Origin: Gammaproteobacteria bacterium
Lineage (GTDB): Bacteria > Pseudomonadota > Gammaproteobacteria > GCA-001735895
DNA: 64,000 bases
Direction: 5' to 3'
Assembly: GCA_024763505.1 (NCBI GenBank)
Contig: JANTFI010000001.1
Span: forward strand, 8,602 to 72,601
This document shows positions 51,984 through 61,989 of the stretch, one piece after another; within the stretch, counting starts at the first letter, position 1, and each line of letters starts with the position of its first letter. Under the pieces are notes generated by a model. That model saw only the letters and a program-made list of their open reading frames with translations, had not been told where the DNA came from and did not search any database. The position numbers and the translations under genes are program-made.

Positions 51984-53249
51984 TTACCAGCGGCGCTCAA
52001 ACTGCTTGCGTAAATAAATGGCGATCGCATTCATGGTGACCAGAAATGCCAGCAATACCAGAATCGCGGCGGCCGTCAGCGCGGTAAAAGCTCGTTCTGG
52101 ACTGTCAGCCCAGAGATAGATTTGTACCGGCAATACGGTCGCCGAATCGAGTATGCCACCGGGCACATCGACGATAAAGGCGACCATGCCGATCATCAGC
52201 AACGGGGCGGTTTCACCGAGCGCCTGCGCCATACCGATAATCGCACCGGTGAGAATGCCAGGCATGGCCAGCGGCAGTACATGGTGAAATACGGTTTGCA
52301 TGTGCGAAGCGCCCAGTCCAAGCGCAGCTTCCTTGATCGAGGGTGGAACCGATTTAATTGCGGCTCGTGCCGAGATGATGATGGTAGGCAGGGTCATCAA
52401 CGACAAGACGATACCACCGACCAGCGGCGCGGAGCGAGGCATACCAAAAAAATTGATGAACACGGCCAGACCGAGCAAGCCAAAAACAATGGATGGAACT
52501 GCGGCCAGATTATTGATATTGACTTCGATAATATCGGTAAGCTTGTTTTTCGGTGCGAATTCTTCCAGATACACCGCTGCGCCGATACCGATTGGCAACG
52601 AAATCACCAGTGTGACCAACAGGGTCCAGAACGACCCGACCAATGCCCCCCGGATGCCGGCCTGTTCCGGTTCACGCGAATCACTGTTTTGAAAAAAGGT
52701 ATCGTTGAACCGGGTACGAATCTTGCCCTGATCCATCAATTGCTGAATCATTTCGGCCTGTTTCGGCTTGATCCGGCTGGTAGATTTTTTCAATTTATAA
52801 AAGGTGTCAACATCGTCATCGGCGGTCACCCACAAGCTGATCTTGCCTTGCTGGATCAGTTCCGGCTCGCTCAGAATCAAGTCTCGCAATTGATATTCGG
52901 CCCCGCTTGAGATCAGCCGATAGAGCAATTTCTTGTCTTTGCGTTTTTTGACGTCTGGAAAGACTTCACGCAAGGATTTTTTCAGTACGCCGCCAAAGTC
53001 GACGGTACGTAAACTTTCGGGATCAATACGAGTGTCTGGCTGCAACCCCAGGGTTTCCCAATCGATCGGAACCTGCAACTGAATCTCGGTTTTTTGGAAC
53101 GCCGGTAGTGCTTTTAACGTGATATCCAGCAACAAGGTAGCGAGAAACACAAAGCCGATCCACACGGCAATCTTGCCATACCATTGAAAGCGCTTTTCAC
53201 GTGCATAGCGTTTTTTCAGGCTCAGTTTGACCTGTTCGGTATTATTCAT
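51984..53249 (-). CDS. pstA: Phosphate ABC transporter permease PstA.
   Basis: Permease with EAA-like loop. Start taken at MNNTEQVKL (8-nt overlap with the pstC stop). The track ORF extends to 53291. Confidence 0.85.
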   Translation of the reverse strand: MNNTEQVKLSLKKRYAREKRFQWYGKIAVWIGFVFLATLLLDITLKALPAFQKTEIQLQVPIDWETLGLQPDTRIDPESLRTVDFGGVLKKSLREVFPDVKKRKDKKLLYRLISSGAEYQLRDLILSEPELIQQGKISLWVTADDDVDTFYKLKKSTSRIKPKQAEMIQQLMDQGKIRTRFNDTFFQNSDSREPEQAGIRGALVGSFWTLLVTLVISLPIGIGAAVYLEEFAPKNKLTDIIEVNINNLAAVPSIVFGLLGLAVFINFFGMPRSAPLVGGIVLSLMTLPTIIISARAAIKSVPPSIKEAALGLGASHMQTVFHHVLPLAMPGILTGAIIGMAQALGETAPLLMIGMVAFIVDVPGGILDSATVLPVQIYLWADSPERAFTALTAAAILVLLAFLVTMNAIAIYLRKQFERRW

Positions 53250-54612
53250 ATTGCTCTCGATATTTTCTGACGATGTGCAGGGCGAAGACATTCAATACCA
53301 GCGTGGTGACGAACAGCATCAACCCCAAAGCGAAGGCGGCCAGTGTTTTCGGGCTATCGAACTCCTGATCACCGGTCAGCAATGTGACGATTTGGACGGT
53401 TACCGTGGTGACCGCTTCCAGCGGGTTTGCGGTCAGGTTGGCCGACAGCCCGGCGGCCATCACTACAATCATGGTTTCACCAATGGCGCGGGACGCTGCC
53501 AGCAAAACTCCGCCGACTATGCCGGGCAGGGCGGCTGGAATAATTACCTGCTTGATCGTTTCCGATCGGGTTGCGCCGAGGCCCAGTGAGCCATCTCGCA
53601 TCGCTTGAGGCACGGCGGTGATGACATCGTCTGAGAGTGAGGAAACGAACGGAATAATCATTACGCCCATCACCACGCCAGCCGCCAGTGCGCTTTCGGA
53701 AGAGACATCAAGCCCGATAGACTGCCCCAGGTCTCGGATGAAGGGTGCGACGGTCAGGGCGGCAAAAAAGCCATACACCACGGTTGGGATACCGGCCAGA
53801 ATTTCCAGCGCGGGTTTGGCGGTTGCGCGAAACCGCTGGCTGGCATATTCCGACAGGTAAATGGCAGAGAACAGTCCCACCGGTACCGCGATCAGCAGTG
53901 CGATGGCTGAAATCAGCAGCGTACCGAAAAATAGTGGAACCGCACCGAAGGCACCGGAAGACCCGGCCTGGTCGGCGCGGATTGCGATTTGCGGGCTCCA
54001 TTTGGTGCCAAACACAAAATCGAAAAAATTGACTGACTGGAAGAAACGCAATGATTCGAACAATACCGACAGCACGATGCCGATGGTGGTGACGATCGCA
54101 ACGCCTGAGCAAATAAACAGTGCGACTCTGATGACGGTTTCGGTATGGCTGCGTGCTTGTGTCCTGAGCAGAGAATTGGTCATAGCATAGACAATGCCGG
54201 AAAGACCCAGCAACACCACCAGTACGGTCAGGATCCAGTTACTTTCCTGTTGCAATTGCTGGTAGCGATCGACCGCGCGAATCAACACCGGATCATCGCG
54301 GGTATCATTATTTTGAATCGCCAGCAGGATATCGTTCATGTACAGGTCGACCGAGGCATTTGACTGGGTCAACACCGATTGCGGCAGCACCTCGCGGATT
54401 TGTTCATGAATATACACGGGTTTGAGAGCGGACCAGGCGACTAACAGGATCAGCGCCGGTAATCCACTCCAGATGGCGGTGTAATAGCCATAGTGTTTGG
54501 GTAAAGCCTTCAGGCGCCCGTTTTTCTGAGCACGGGCTGCACGGAATCTGCCCGCAAGAAAGGCTAAAATCGATAAGCCGATTATCAGCAGAATTAGAAC
54601 AGATGCAGTCAT
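53242..54612 (-). CDS. pstC: Phosphate ABC transporter permease PstC (long form).
   Basis: 456 aa polytopic permease upstream of pstA. Confidence 0.88.
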   Translation of the reverse strand: MTASVLILLIIGLSILAFLAGRFRAARAQKNGRLKALPKHYGYYTAIWSGLPALILLVAWSALKPVYIHEQIREVLPQSVLTQSNASVDLYMNDILLAIQNNDTRDDPVLIRAVDRYQQLQQESNWILTVLVVLLGLSGIVYAMTNSLLRTQARSHTETVIRVALFICSGVAIVTTIGIVLSVLFESLRFFQSVNFFDFVFGTKWSPQIAIRADQAGSSGAFGAVPLFFGTLLISAIALLIAVPVGLFSAIYLSEYASQRFRATAKPALEILAGIPTVVYGFFAALTVAPFIRDLGQSIGLDVSSESALAAGVVMGVMIIPFVSSLSDDVITAVPQAMRDGSLGLGATRSETIKQVIIPAALPGIVGGVLLAASRAIGETMIVVMAAGLSANLTANPLEAVTTVTVQIVTLLTGDQEFDSPKTLAAFALGLMLFVTTLVLNVFALHIVRKYREQYE

Positions 54613-54722
54613 CAGGCGTGGTCAGGTAATGTGAAAAGGATGGGATTATACACAGCTTCAAGCAGGCACAAAAACAAATGCCCGCAATCGTGCGGGCACT
54701 TATAAGGTCATGACTATCCAGC

Positions 54723-55763
54723 TTACATTTTCAGCTTTTCAGAGTTTTTGACGCGCTTGCGCATAGCGGCACGGTCGGCCTTAGACAGTGGAATCAATCC
54801 CTTGTCGATCAGGTAACCTTCGTCACCGAAAGCGGCTTCACTGGTGAATTCGACGAGGTAATCCTGCATACCTGGGATGGCTTTTTTATGCGCATTCTTG
54901 ACATAAAAGAACAGTGGGCGAGAGATCGGGTAAGAACCATCGGCAATGGTTTCGAACTCAGGCGCTTCACCTTCCACAATGGAACCCTGTACATAGTCGT
55001 CATTCTGTTCGAGGAAAGAGAAACCGAAGATACCCATAGCTTTCGGGTTGCTTTCGAGCTTCTGCACGATCAGATTGTCGTTTTCACCGGCTTCAATATA
55101 CGCACCGTCTTCACGAACCGTGTGGCAGATCGACTTGTACTTCTTTTTGTCTTTCTTTTTCATCGCCTTGATCCAGTCAACCTTCTTGCAACCACCTTCC
55201 ATTGCGAGTTCGGCAAAAGCATCCCGAGTGCCGGAAGTCGGTGGCGGCCCAAGCACTTCAATCTTGTAATTGGGCAGAGACGGGTTCACCTGATTCCAGG
55301 TCTGGTAAGGGTTTTCAATCAACTTGTGACCACCTTTCGGATCCGGAACCTGTTTGGCCAGTGCCAGAAACATATCCTTGCGAGAGAGTTTGAATTGCGG
55401 GGCTTTTTTGGAGTTTGCAAAAGCGATTCCATCATAGCCGATCTGTATTTCAGTAATATCGGTAACGCCGTTTTTCATGCATTTTTTGTATTCAGAAGAC
55501 TTGATCGCCCGCGAGGCATTGGTGATATCCGGCGTATTCAGGCCTGCACCGGCACAGAACAGCTTCATGCCACCGCCGGAACCGGTGGATTCGATTTTGG
55601 GGGTTTTATGACCGCTTTTCTTGCCGAATTTTTCAGCTACTACAGTCGCAAAAGGATAAACCGTGGAAGAACCCACAATATTAATGGTGTCACGACCGGC
55701 GGCTTGTGCCTGTAGTGAAATCAAACTGCAACTGATCGCAGTAGCGAGAACCAGGTGTTTCAT
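54723..55763 (-). CDS. pstS: Phosphate-binding periplasmic protein PstS.
   Basis: 346 aa. Signal peptide MKHLVLATAISCSLISLQAQA. PBP fold motifs (GSSTVYPF, GSGGG). Confidence 0.9.
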   Translation of the reverse strand: MKHLVLATAISCSLISLQAQAAGRDTINIVGSSTVYPFATVVAEKFGKKSGHKTPKIESTGSGGGMKLFCAGAGLNTPDITNASRAIKSSEYKKCMKNGVTDITEIQIGYDGIAFANSKKAPQFKLSRKDMFLALAKQVPDPKGGHKLIENPYQTWNQVNPSLPNYKIEVLGPPPTSGTRDAFAELAMEGGCKKVDWIKAMKKKDKKKYKSICHTVREDGAYIEAGENDNLIVQKLESNPKAMGIFGFSFLEQNDDYVQGSIVEGEAPEFETIADGSYPISRPLFFYVKNAHKKAIPGMQDYLVEFTSEAAFGDEGYLIDKGLIPLSKADRAAMRKRVKNSEKLKM

Positions 55764-55826
55764 AAATACTCCTCAGTAGGATAGTGAATTGACATAAATC
55801 AGTGCGGCGCATTATCGGTGGTGAAT

Positions 55827-55844
55827 ATGACAGAAATGTTACAA
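55827..55844 (-). promoter_or_regulatory. Pho box upstream of pstS.
   Basis: Minus-strand TTGTAAC-ATTT-CTGTCAT (two 7-mers, 4-bp AT spacer; the second is a perfect CTGTCAT). About 64 bp upstream of the pstS ATG. Confidence 0.55.
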
Positions 55845-55941
55845 AAGAGAATGAATTGTTAAACAAATTCATCTAGCCTTGCGCAAAACCACGATAAACC
55901 TGTTTTCTTCCTGTCATCCAGCATTACGTCGAGCGGTATCT

Positions 55942-57510
55942 ATGGATCTTAAAAACATTAAACAGATCGAACAAGCCACTCAACCCAGCCAGGGCGAATT
56001 GTTCCGGCTTGGCATCGGATTTCTTTTTGTCATAATCATCCTGCTGTTCACCGGCTCTGCCTACGCCAGTATCGAGGGCGGATTTCTGCTGATTAGCGCC
56101 GCCATGATCGGTGGTTATATGGCGATGAATATCGGTGCCAACGATGTTGCCAATAACGTCGGACCGGCGGTGGGTTCACGCGCATTAACCCTGTTTGGGG
56201 CGATTGTAATTGCCGCGATTTTCGAAGCGGCGGGTGCCTTGATCGCCGGTGGCGATGTAGTCAGCACGATTAAAAAAGGCATCATCGATCCGTCCCTGAT
56301 TTCCGATACCGATACCTTTATCTGGCTGATGATGGCTGCTTTGCTGGCCGGCGCTATCTGGCTCAATATCGCGACCTATCTGGGTGCGCCGGTGTCGACC
56401 ACGCACTCGATCGTCGGCGGCGTGCTCGGAGCCGGCATTGCAGCCGGGGGCTTTGCCATTGCCAATTGGAGCAAAATGGGCATGATTGCGGCCAGTTGGG
56501 TGATTTCACCCATGCTCGGCGGTTTGATCGCCGCGTTCTTCCTGTATTTGATCAAGCGCAAGATCACTTACCGGACGGATATGCGGAAAGCCGCCAGTAA
56601 GGTCGTTCCGATTCTGGTTGCGATCATGGCCTGGGCGTTTTCGACCTATCTGATACTGAAAGGCTTGAAGAAGCTGGTGAAAGTCGATTTTCTGACCGCT
56701 CTTGGCATCGGGCTGGTGCTGGCAGTGGTGATTTATTTTATTGTAAGGCCGCTGATAGCCCGGGCTTCTCAATCCTTGAGTAATGACAAGGAAGGGGTGA
56801 ATCGGCTGTTTACCTTGCCACTGATTTTCGCCGCGGCTCTACTCAGCTTTGCCCACGGTGCCAATGATGTCGCCAATGCGGTCGGGCCGTTGGCTGCCAT
56901 CAATGATGCGATTTTACATGGCGGTGTACACCAGAAGGCGAGCATCCCGCTATGGGTGATGATGGTTGGAGCGATCGGCATCGCGATTGGCCTGGCCTTG
57001 TATGGACCGAAATTGATACGCACGGTTGGTTCCGAGATCACCGAACTGGACCAGATGCGAGCATTTTCGGTGGCGATGGCGGCGTCGATTACTGTCATTA
57101 TCGCTTCCCAGCTGGGGCTACCTGTCAGCTCGACCCATATCGCCGTCGGCGCCGTGTTCGGTGTGGGATTCCTGCGCGAATATCTGAAAGCCAGCTATGC
57201 CCAGATGGAAGATCAGATCGTGCAGCATCATCAAGGTAAGGATAAACAAGTGGTGGAAGCCTTTCTGGAAGATTTCAGACGTGCCAGCGTCGATGAAAAA
57301 GGCAAGTTGATCAAGCAGTTAAAGCAACACTCGGCCGACGCCGATCTCAGCCGTAAAGAGCGCAAGGCACTGGCCAAAGTCTATCGCAAGGAATTGGTCA
57401 AACGCTCGGCCTTGATGAAGATCGTGGCGGCCTGGCTGATTACTGTACCGGCTTCCGGCTTTTTGGCAGCGATCCTGTATTTCACCATACGCGGCATGCT
57501 GTTGCCCTGA
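55942..57510 (+). CDS. Inorganic phosphate transporter, PiT family, with large central cytoplasmic loop.
   Basis: About 522 aa from MDLKNIKQIEQ. Duplicated PiT signature GANDVANxVGP occurs twice (GANDVANNVGPAVG, GANDVANAVGPLAA). Confidence 0.85.
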   Translation: MDLKNIKQIEQATQPSQGELFRLGIGFLFVIIILLFTGSAYASIEGGFLLISAAMIGGYMAMNIGANDVANNVGPAVGSRALTLFGAIVIAAIFEAAGALIAGGDVVSTIKKGIIDPSLISDTDTFIWLMMAALLAGAIWLNIATYLGAPVSTTHSIVGGVLGAGIAAGGFAIANWSKMGMIAASWVISPMLGGLIAAFFLYLIKRKITYRTDMRKAASKVVPILVAIMAWAFSTYLILKGLKKLVKVDFLTALGIGLVLAVVIYFIVRPLIARASQSLSNDKEGVNRLFTLPLIFAAALLSFAHGANDVANAVGPLAAINDAILHGGVHQKASIPLWVMMVGAIGIAIGLALYGPKLIRTVGSEITELDQMRAFSVAMAASITVIIASQLGLPVSSTHIAVGAVFGVGFLREYLKASYAQMEDQIVQHHQGKDKQVVEAFLEDFRRASVDEKGKLIKQLKQHSADADLSRKERKALAKVYRKELVKRSALMKIVAAWLITVPASGFLAAILYFTIRGMLLP

Positions 57511-57540
57511 GCCTGACCGGTTGAGATTGCCTAAAGATGT

Positions 57541-57620
57541 GGCTCGGTCTAAGTCCAGTTATCTAGGTTCAGATATCTAGGTTCAGATATCTAGTTTCAG
57601 TCGTAACCCGAGCCGGATTT
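57541..57620. repeat. Three tandem 14-bp direct repeats (GTTCAGATATCTAG, each containing the palindrome AGATATCT) enclosed by a GGCTCGG...CCGAGCC inverted repeat, in the convergent pit/phoR intergenic region.
   Basis: Read directly: ggctcggtctaagtccagttatctag gttcagatatctag gttcagatatctag tttcagtcgtaacccgagcc. Confidence 0.7.
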
Positions 57621-58966
57621 CAAACATGTCCCTGATCGGGGATGGATGGCATGGGTGGTTCAAGTGTCGATGGCGTTGCCGGAATGGTCCGATAAGCCGG
57701 AAACGTCACACAAAAACGACTGCCCTGATTTTTCCGGCTGTCTATCGACAGTTTTCCACCATGCCGGAGCGCCGCCTGCTCGACGATGGCCAGCCCCAGC
57801 CCAGAGCCGGTAATTTGTCTGGCAGTGGTGGTTCGCCCCCGGTAGTAACGATTGGTCAGTAGCGGAATCTCTTTTTCATCCAGTCCTTCACCTTGATCTT
57901 CGACGTAAAATTGCAGTTCTCCCTGGTCGGTTTGGCTCCAGCCGACCCGAACCGGATGTTCCGCATCACTGTATTTCAAAGCATTTTCCAACAGGTTTTT
58001 GCAAATGCAGTGGATGTCTGTACTGTTGCCGCGCAATTTGTCAGTGGTCTCGTGGTGGCACTGCAGGCGCTCGGACCCGCACTGTACCGCCAAAGCCGAC
58101 AGCACCGATTGCATTGTCGCCCGGATATCGATCTCTTCGCCTTCGTCCGGCTGCAGGCTGGAGCTTTCGATTCGTGACAAGTGGAGTAAATCACGAATCA
58201 AGTCCTGCATGCGTCGGGATTGTTGATCGATCACGGATACTGACTTCTTGCCGATTTCGCTCAGCCCCGGCTCCATCTGCAAGATTTCGGCGTATCCGAC
58301 GATCGAAGTCAAAGGAGTTTTCATTTCATGGGAAGCATTGGCGATGAAATCTTTCAAGGCTTGTTGCAGTTTCACTTGTTCACTGATGTTGCGGATAATG
58401 ACCAGCCGCTGATTATCGCCGAAACTGACGATCTTGTACTGCAGGGTTTGCCGATGATCGAATGCGCAAGGGATTTCAATATGCGGTTGTGCATCCGGGT
58501 GATGCAGGTAGTCGAGAAATTCCGGCTGTCGTATCAAATTGCTGATAACCTGTCCCTGATCCTGACGCTGCAGCCGCAGTAAGGTCGTGGCGGCATCGTT
58601 AAACCAGACAATTTCGTACTGGCCATTCAACAACACGGTGGCGTCGGGCAGGGCAGCGATATTGGTATTGAGACGACGCAACAGTTCCTTGGTTTTTTTC
58701 TTGCGCTTGTTGTGAATCTTTTTCTGGCGGTAGAGATGTCGAATAATCAATCCGGCCAGCCCGCCATGGTCATCGACCTCGACCAGCTTTCCTCCTCTGT
58801 CCAACCATTTCTCGAGCGTATAGAGTTGGTAATACAGCATGCCTGTCAGGGCCAGTAACGGCAAGGCAAATGCGATAACCCAATTGCCAAGGGTCAGGCC
58901 GATGACCACTATTGCGAGCAACGTCAACAGTATCGGCGTTTTTTCGTATTGCCATATCTTGAACAT
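57620..58966 (-). CDS. phoR: Phosphate regulon sensor histidine kinase PhoR.
   Basis: TM helices, then PAS-like, HisKA (ASHEMKTPLTSIVGY) and HATPase domains. Start taken at MFKIWQYEK, overlapping the phoB stop. The track ORF extends to 59110. Confidence 0.85.
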   Translation of the reverse strand: MFKIWQYEKTPILLTLLAIVVIGLTLGNWVIAFALPLLALTGMLYYQLYTLEKWLDRGGKLVEVDDHGGLAGLIIRHLYRQKKIHNKRKKKTKELLRRLNTNIAALPDATVLLNGQYEIVWFNDAATTLLRLQRQDQGQVISNLIRQPEFLDYLHHPDAQPHIEIPCAFDHRQTLQYKIVSFGDNQRLVIIRNISEQVKLQQALKDFIANASHEMKTPLTSIVGYAEILQMEPGLSEIGKKSVSVIDQQSRRMQDLIRDLLHLSRIESSSLQPDEGEEIDIRATMQSVLSALAVQCGSERLQCHHETTDKLRGNSTDIHCICKNLLENALKYSDAEHPVRVGWSQTDQGELQFYVEDQGEGLDEKEIPLLTNRYYRGRTTTARQITGSGLGLAIVEQAALRHGGKLSIDSRKNQGSRFCVTFPAYRTIPATPSTLEPPMPSIPDQGHV

Positions 58967-58976
58967 GAGTGAGATG

Positions 58977-59663
58977 TTATCCCCGGGTTGAAAAGCTGTA
59001 TCCGGTACCGCGAACGGTTTTGATGCATTGGTCCAGTTTATAGGGTTTGAGTATCTTGCGTAAACGTAAAATATGGACATCGATGGTGCGATCACCCAGA
59101 TAAGCATCATCGCCCCATACTGCGGTCAATATCTGATCACGTGTGTAGACACGGTTTTCATGCAGCATGAAATATTTTAATAGCTGGTATTCCTTTTTCG
59201 ACAGGATGACTTCCTGGTCGCCGACCCATACCTGATGGTTTTCGCTGTTGAGGCTTAAATCACCGCTTTTCACCAGAAAGGTTTCTTCGTTATAGTGCGC
59301 AGGGCGCCGCAGCAATGCCTTGATTCGTGCGTGCAATTCGCGCAGCGATAACGGTTTGGTCATGTAGTCGTCAGCGCCTGAATCGAGTCCTTCAATCTTG
59401 TCTGTTTCTTCGGAACGGGCAGTCAGCATAAGGGTGGGGATCTGGCTGAATCCGCTTTGCCGGCGTAACCAGCGAATCAATTCGATGCCCGAACTGTCCG
59501 GCAGCATCCAGTCAACAATCAGGCAATCCGGCTTTTGTTCAGGGATCCGTTTCTTGGCCGTTTTGACATCAGCGCATTGCTCAACATGATAGCCCGCTTG
59601 GGTCAGCGACAGGGCGATCATTTCGCGAATCGGAGTATCGTCTTCAATTACCAGTATGTTCAT
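58977..59663 (-). CDS. phoB: Phosphate regulon response regulator PhoB (OmpR family).
   Basis: 228 aa from MNILVIEDDTPIREMIA. Receiver Asp context (LIVDWMLPDSSGIE). Winged-helix C-terminus. Confidence 0.9.
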   Translation of the reverse strand: MNILVIEDDTPIREMIALSLTQAGYHVEQCADVKTAKKRIPEQKPDCLIVDWMLPDSSGIELIRWLRRQSGFSQIPTLMLTARSEETDKIEGLDSGADDYMTKPLSLRELHARIKALLRRPAHYNEETFLVKSGDLSLNSENHQVWVGDQEVILSKKEYQLLKYFMLHENRVYTRDQILTAVWGDDAYLGDRTIDVHILRLRKILKPYKLDQCIKTVRGTGYSFSTRG

Positions 59664-59703
59664 GGTGGCTTCAGCGTAAATGGGCGTATTCCAGCAGTCC
59701 ATT

Positions 59704-59721
59704 GTTACAGTTGTGTGACAA
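59704..59721 (-). promoter_or_regulatory. Pho box upstream of phoB (autoregulation).
   Basis: Minus-strand TTGTCAC-ACAA-CTGTAAC, about 40 bp upstream of the phoB ATG. Confidence 0.5.
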
Positions 59722-59803
59722 TCGGGTCGGGTCGTATCAATTCCGGACTATCTTGTAATATACCCGAAACGTCAATCGCATAGACGCAAGGTCACCGAAT
59801 ACG

Positions 59804-60076
59804 ATGAAAGTCATCGAAATTATTGTCGATGCCGTCAACGCGACTCATTACTTGGCATTGCCGAACAGAATCACATTATCGATCTCAGGCCCGGCGCCGA
59901 GATTGAACAAGGGCAAATCCATTCACGCTTACGGGTACCGCCCGATCAGCACCTGGTCGTACTGGACGCCCGGCAGAAAGTGCACAATGCTGCGGGCAAT
60001 GAACAAATCGTCATCCTGCCGGTGGAATCGGCGATCAAGAGCGATACTGGCAGCAACTATGAAGAAGAATAAATAA
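59804..60076 (+). CDS. Small hypothetical protein. Reading frame is ambiguous (possible frameshift).
   Basis: Track ORF MKVIEIIVDAVNATHYLALPNRI... has a protein-like N-terminus but an Arg/Ser-rich tail. The +2 frame over the same 3' region reads the more protein-like ..IDLRPGAEIEQGQIHSRLRVPPDQHLVVLDARQKVHNAAGNEQIVILPVESAIKSDTGSNYEEE*. Confidence 0.3.
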   Translation: MKVIEIIVDAVNATHYLALPNRITLSISGPAPRLNKGKSIHAYGYRPISTWSYWTPGRKCTMLRAMNKSSSCRWNRRSRAILAATMKKNK

Positions 60077-60362
60077 GTTGGTTGAAAAGCTGTCAGTAAT
60101 TCCTTTTAGAAATTTCCGCGGTGGAAACTGGTGATACGTTTCGGGATATCAAGCCTCGTATCAAGCTGAAAGCGCACAAGGCTGGTCAATCACGACTGTT
60201 GTATATCCTGCTGTGGGCTTTCAATCTGTTTATTCTGATGACAATCACTTGTATTGCGCGCGAAAACCTCGATATGAAGCCGGATTTTGATCGACTAAAC
60301 CCGTCTAAATCCTTATAGTACGCGCTTTTTCCCACTCTGCGCTTCAACTCTGGAACACCGCC

Positions 60363-61958
60363 TTGATCTCAACCGCCAATATCACCATGCAGTTCGCTGC
60401 CAAACCCCTGTTTGAAAATATTTCCGTCAAATTCAGCGAAGGCAACCGCTATGGCTTGATCGGTGCCAATGGTTGCGGCAAATCAACCTTCATGAAGATA
60501 TTGAGTGGCGAACTCGAACCCTCGGCCGGCACGGTATCGTTTTCGCCCAATGAGCGGGTCGGGTCGCTGTCGCAGGATCAATTCGCGTTCGAAGAACACA
60601 GTGTCATCAACACCGTCATCATGGGTCATAAAGAACTGTGGGAAGTAAAACGCGAACGTGACCGCATCTATGCGCTGCCCGAAATGAGCGAAGCCGATGG
60701 CATGAAAGTGGCCGACCTGGAAACCGAATACGCTGAGATGGATGGCTATAGCGCCGAAAGTCGCGCCGGTGAATTACTGCTCAGCGCCGGTATCGAGCAA
60801 TCACTGCATTATGGCCCGATGAGTGAAGTCGCGCCCGGCTGGAAGCTGCGTGTGCTGCTGGTGCAGGCGCTTTTTTCTGACCCCGATATCCTGCTGCTCG
60901 ACGAGCCGACCAACAACCTCGACATCAATACCATCCGCTGGCTCGAAGGCGTACTGAATGATCGCAAGAGCACCATGATCATCATTTCGCATGATCGCCA
61001 TTTCCTCAACGCCGTGTGTACCCACATGGCCGATATCGATTACGGCGAACTGCGGATTTACCCCGGTAATTACGATGATTTCATGATCGCCTCGACCCAG
61101 GCGCGCGAACGTCTGCAATCCGAAAACGCCAAGAAAAAGGCCCAACTGGCAGAATTGCAACAATTCGTCAGTCGCTTTTCCGCCAATGCGTCGAAAGCGA
61201 AACAGGCGACTTCACGCGCCAAGCAAATGGAAAAGATAAAGCTCGAAGACATCAAGCCATCCAGCCGCGTCAGCCCTTTTATTCGCTTTAATCAGAAAAA
61301 GAAATTGCACCGACAGGCGCTGATTCTGGAGAATCTCGCCCACGGCTTCGATGAAACCCTGTTTGAAAGCGGAAACCTGATTCTGGAAGCGGGCAGCCGC
61401 CTCGCCGTGATTGGCGAAAACGGTGCGGGTAAAACGACCTTTCTGCGCCTGCTGGTCGATCAACTGCAGCCCAATGACGGCACGATTAAATGGTCGGAAA
61501 ACGCCACGCTGGGCTATTGCCCGCAAGACAGCACGGCTGATTTCGATAGCGATCTGAACCTGTTCGACTGGATGAGTCAGTGGCGTGGTGAAGATCAGGA
61601 TGAGCAAATCGTGCGCTCCACGCTCGGTCGCATGTTGTTTTCACGCGATGATTTCAAAAAGAAAGTGAATGTGTGCTCTGGCGGCGAAAAGAATCGCCTG
61701 TTGTTCGGCAAGCTGATGATGCTCGAAACCAATGTGCTGCTGATGGATGAACCGACCAACCATCTCGACATGGAATCGATCGAGGCGCTCAATCTGGCGC
61801 TGGAAAACTACGAAGGTACGCTGATTTTCGTCAGCCATGACCGTGAATTCGTGTCGTCGCTGGCGACTCGCATCATCGAGATCAAGGATAAAAAGCTCAA
61901 CGATTATCAGGGCAATTACGAAGACTTTCTTGCTCACCAGCTCGCGGCTGGACAATAA
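60363..61958 (+). CDS. ybiT: ABC-F family ATPase YbiT.
   Basis: 531 aa, nearly colinear with E. coli YbiT (..[40 protein letters not shown]..). Two ABC cassettes. Confidence 0.9.
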   Translation: MISTANITMQFAAKPLFENISVKFSEGNRYGLIGANGCGKSTFMKILSGELEPSAGTVSFSPNERVGSLSQDQFAFEEHSVINTVIMGHKELWEVKRERDRIYALPEMSEADGMKVADLETEYAEMDGYSAESRAGELLLSAGIEQSLHYGPMSEVAPGWKLRVLLVQALFSDPDILLLDEPTNNLDINTIRWLEGVLNDRKSTMIIISHDRHFLNAVCTHMADIDYGELRIYPGNYDDFMIASTQARERLQSENAKKKAQLAELQQFVSRFSANASKAKQATSRAKQMEKIKLEDIKPSSRVSPFIRFNQKKKLHRQALILENLAHGFDETLFESGNLILEAGSRLAVIGENGAGKTTFLRLLVDQLQPNDGTIKWSENATLGYCPQDSTADFDSDLNLFDWMSQWRGEDQDEQIVRSTLGRMLFSRDDFKKKVNVCSGGEKNRLLFGKLMMLETNVLLMDEPTNHLDMESIEALNLALENYEGTLIFVSHDREFVSSLATRIIEIKDKKLNDYQGNYEDFLAHQLAAGQ

Positions 61959-61989
61959 TTGCCTCCCTTACACTGCGCGGTCGCCATCC

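Noticed and set aside
60121-60318. 65-aa ORF between the small frame-ambiguous gene and ybiT.
   Set aside because: No Shine-Dalgarno site, odd composition. It probably lies in the ybiT leader. Insufficient support.
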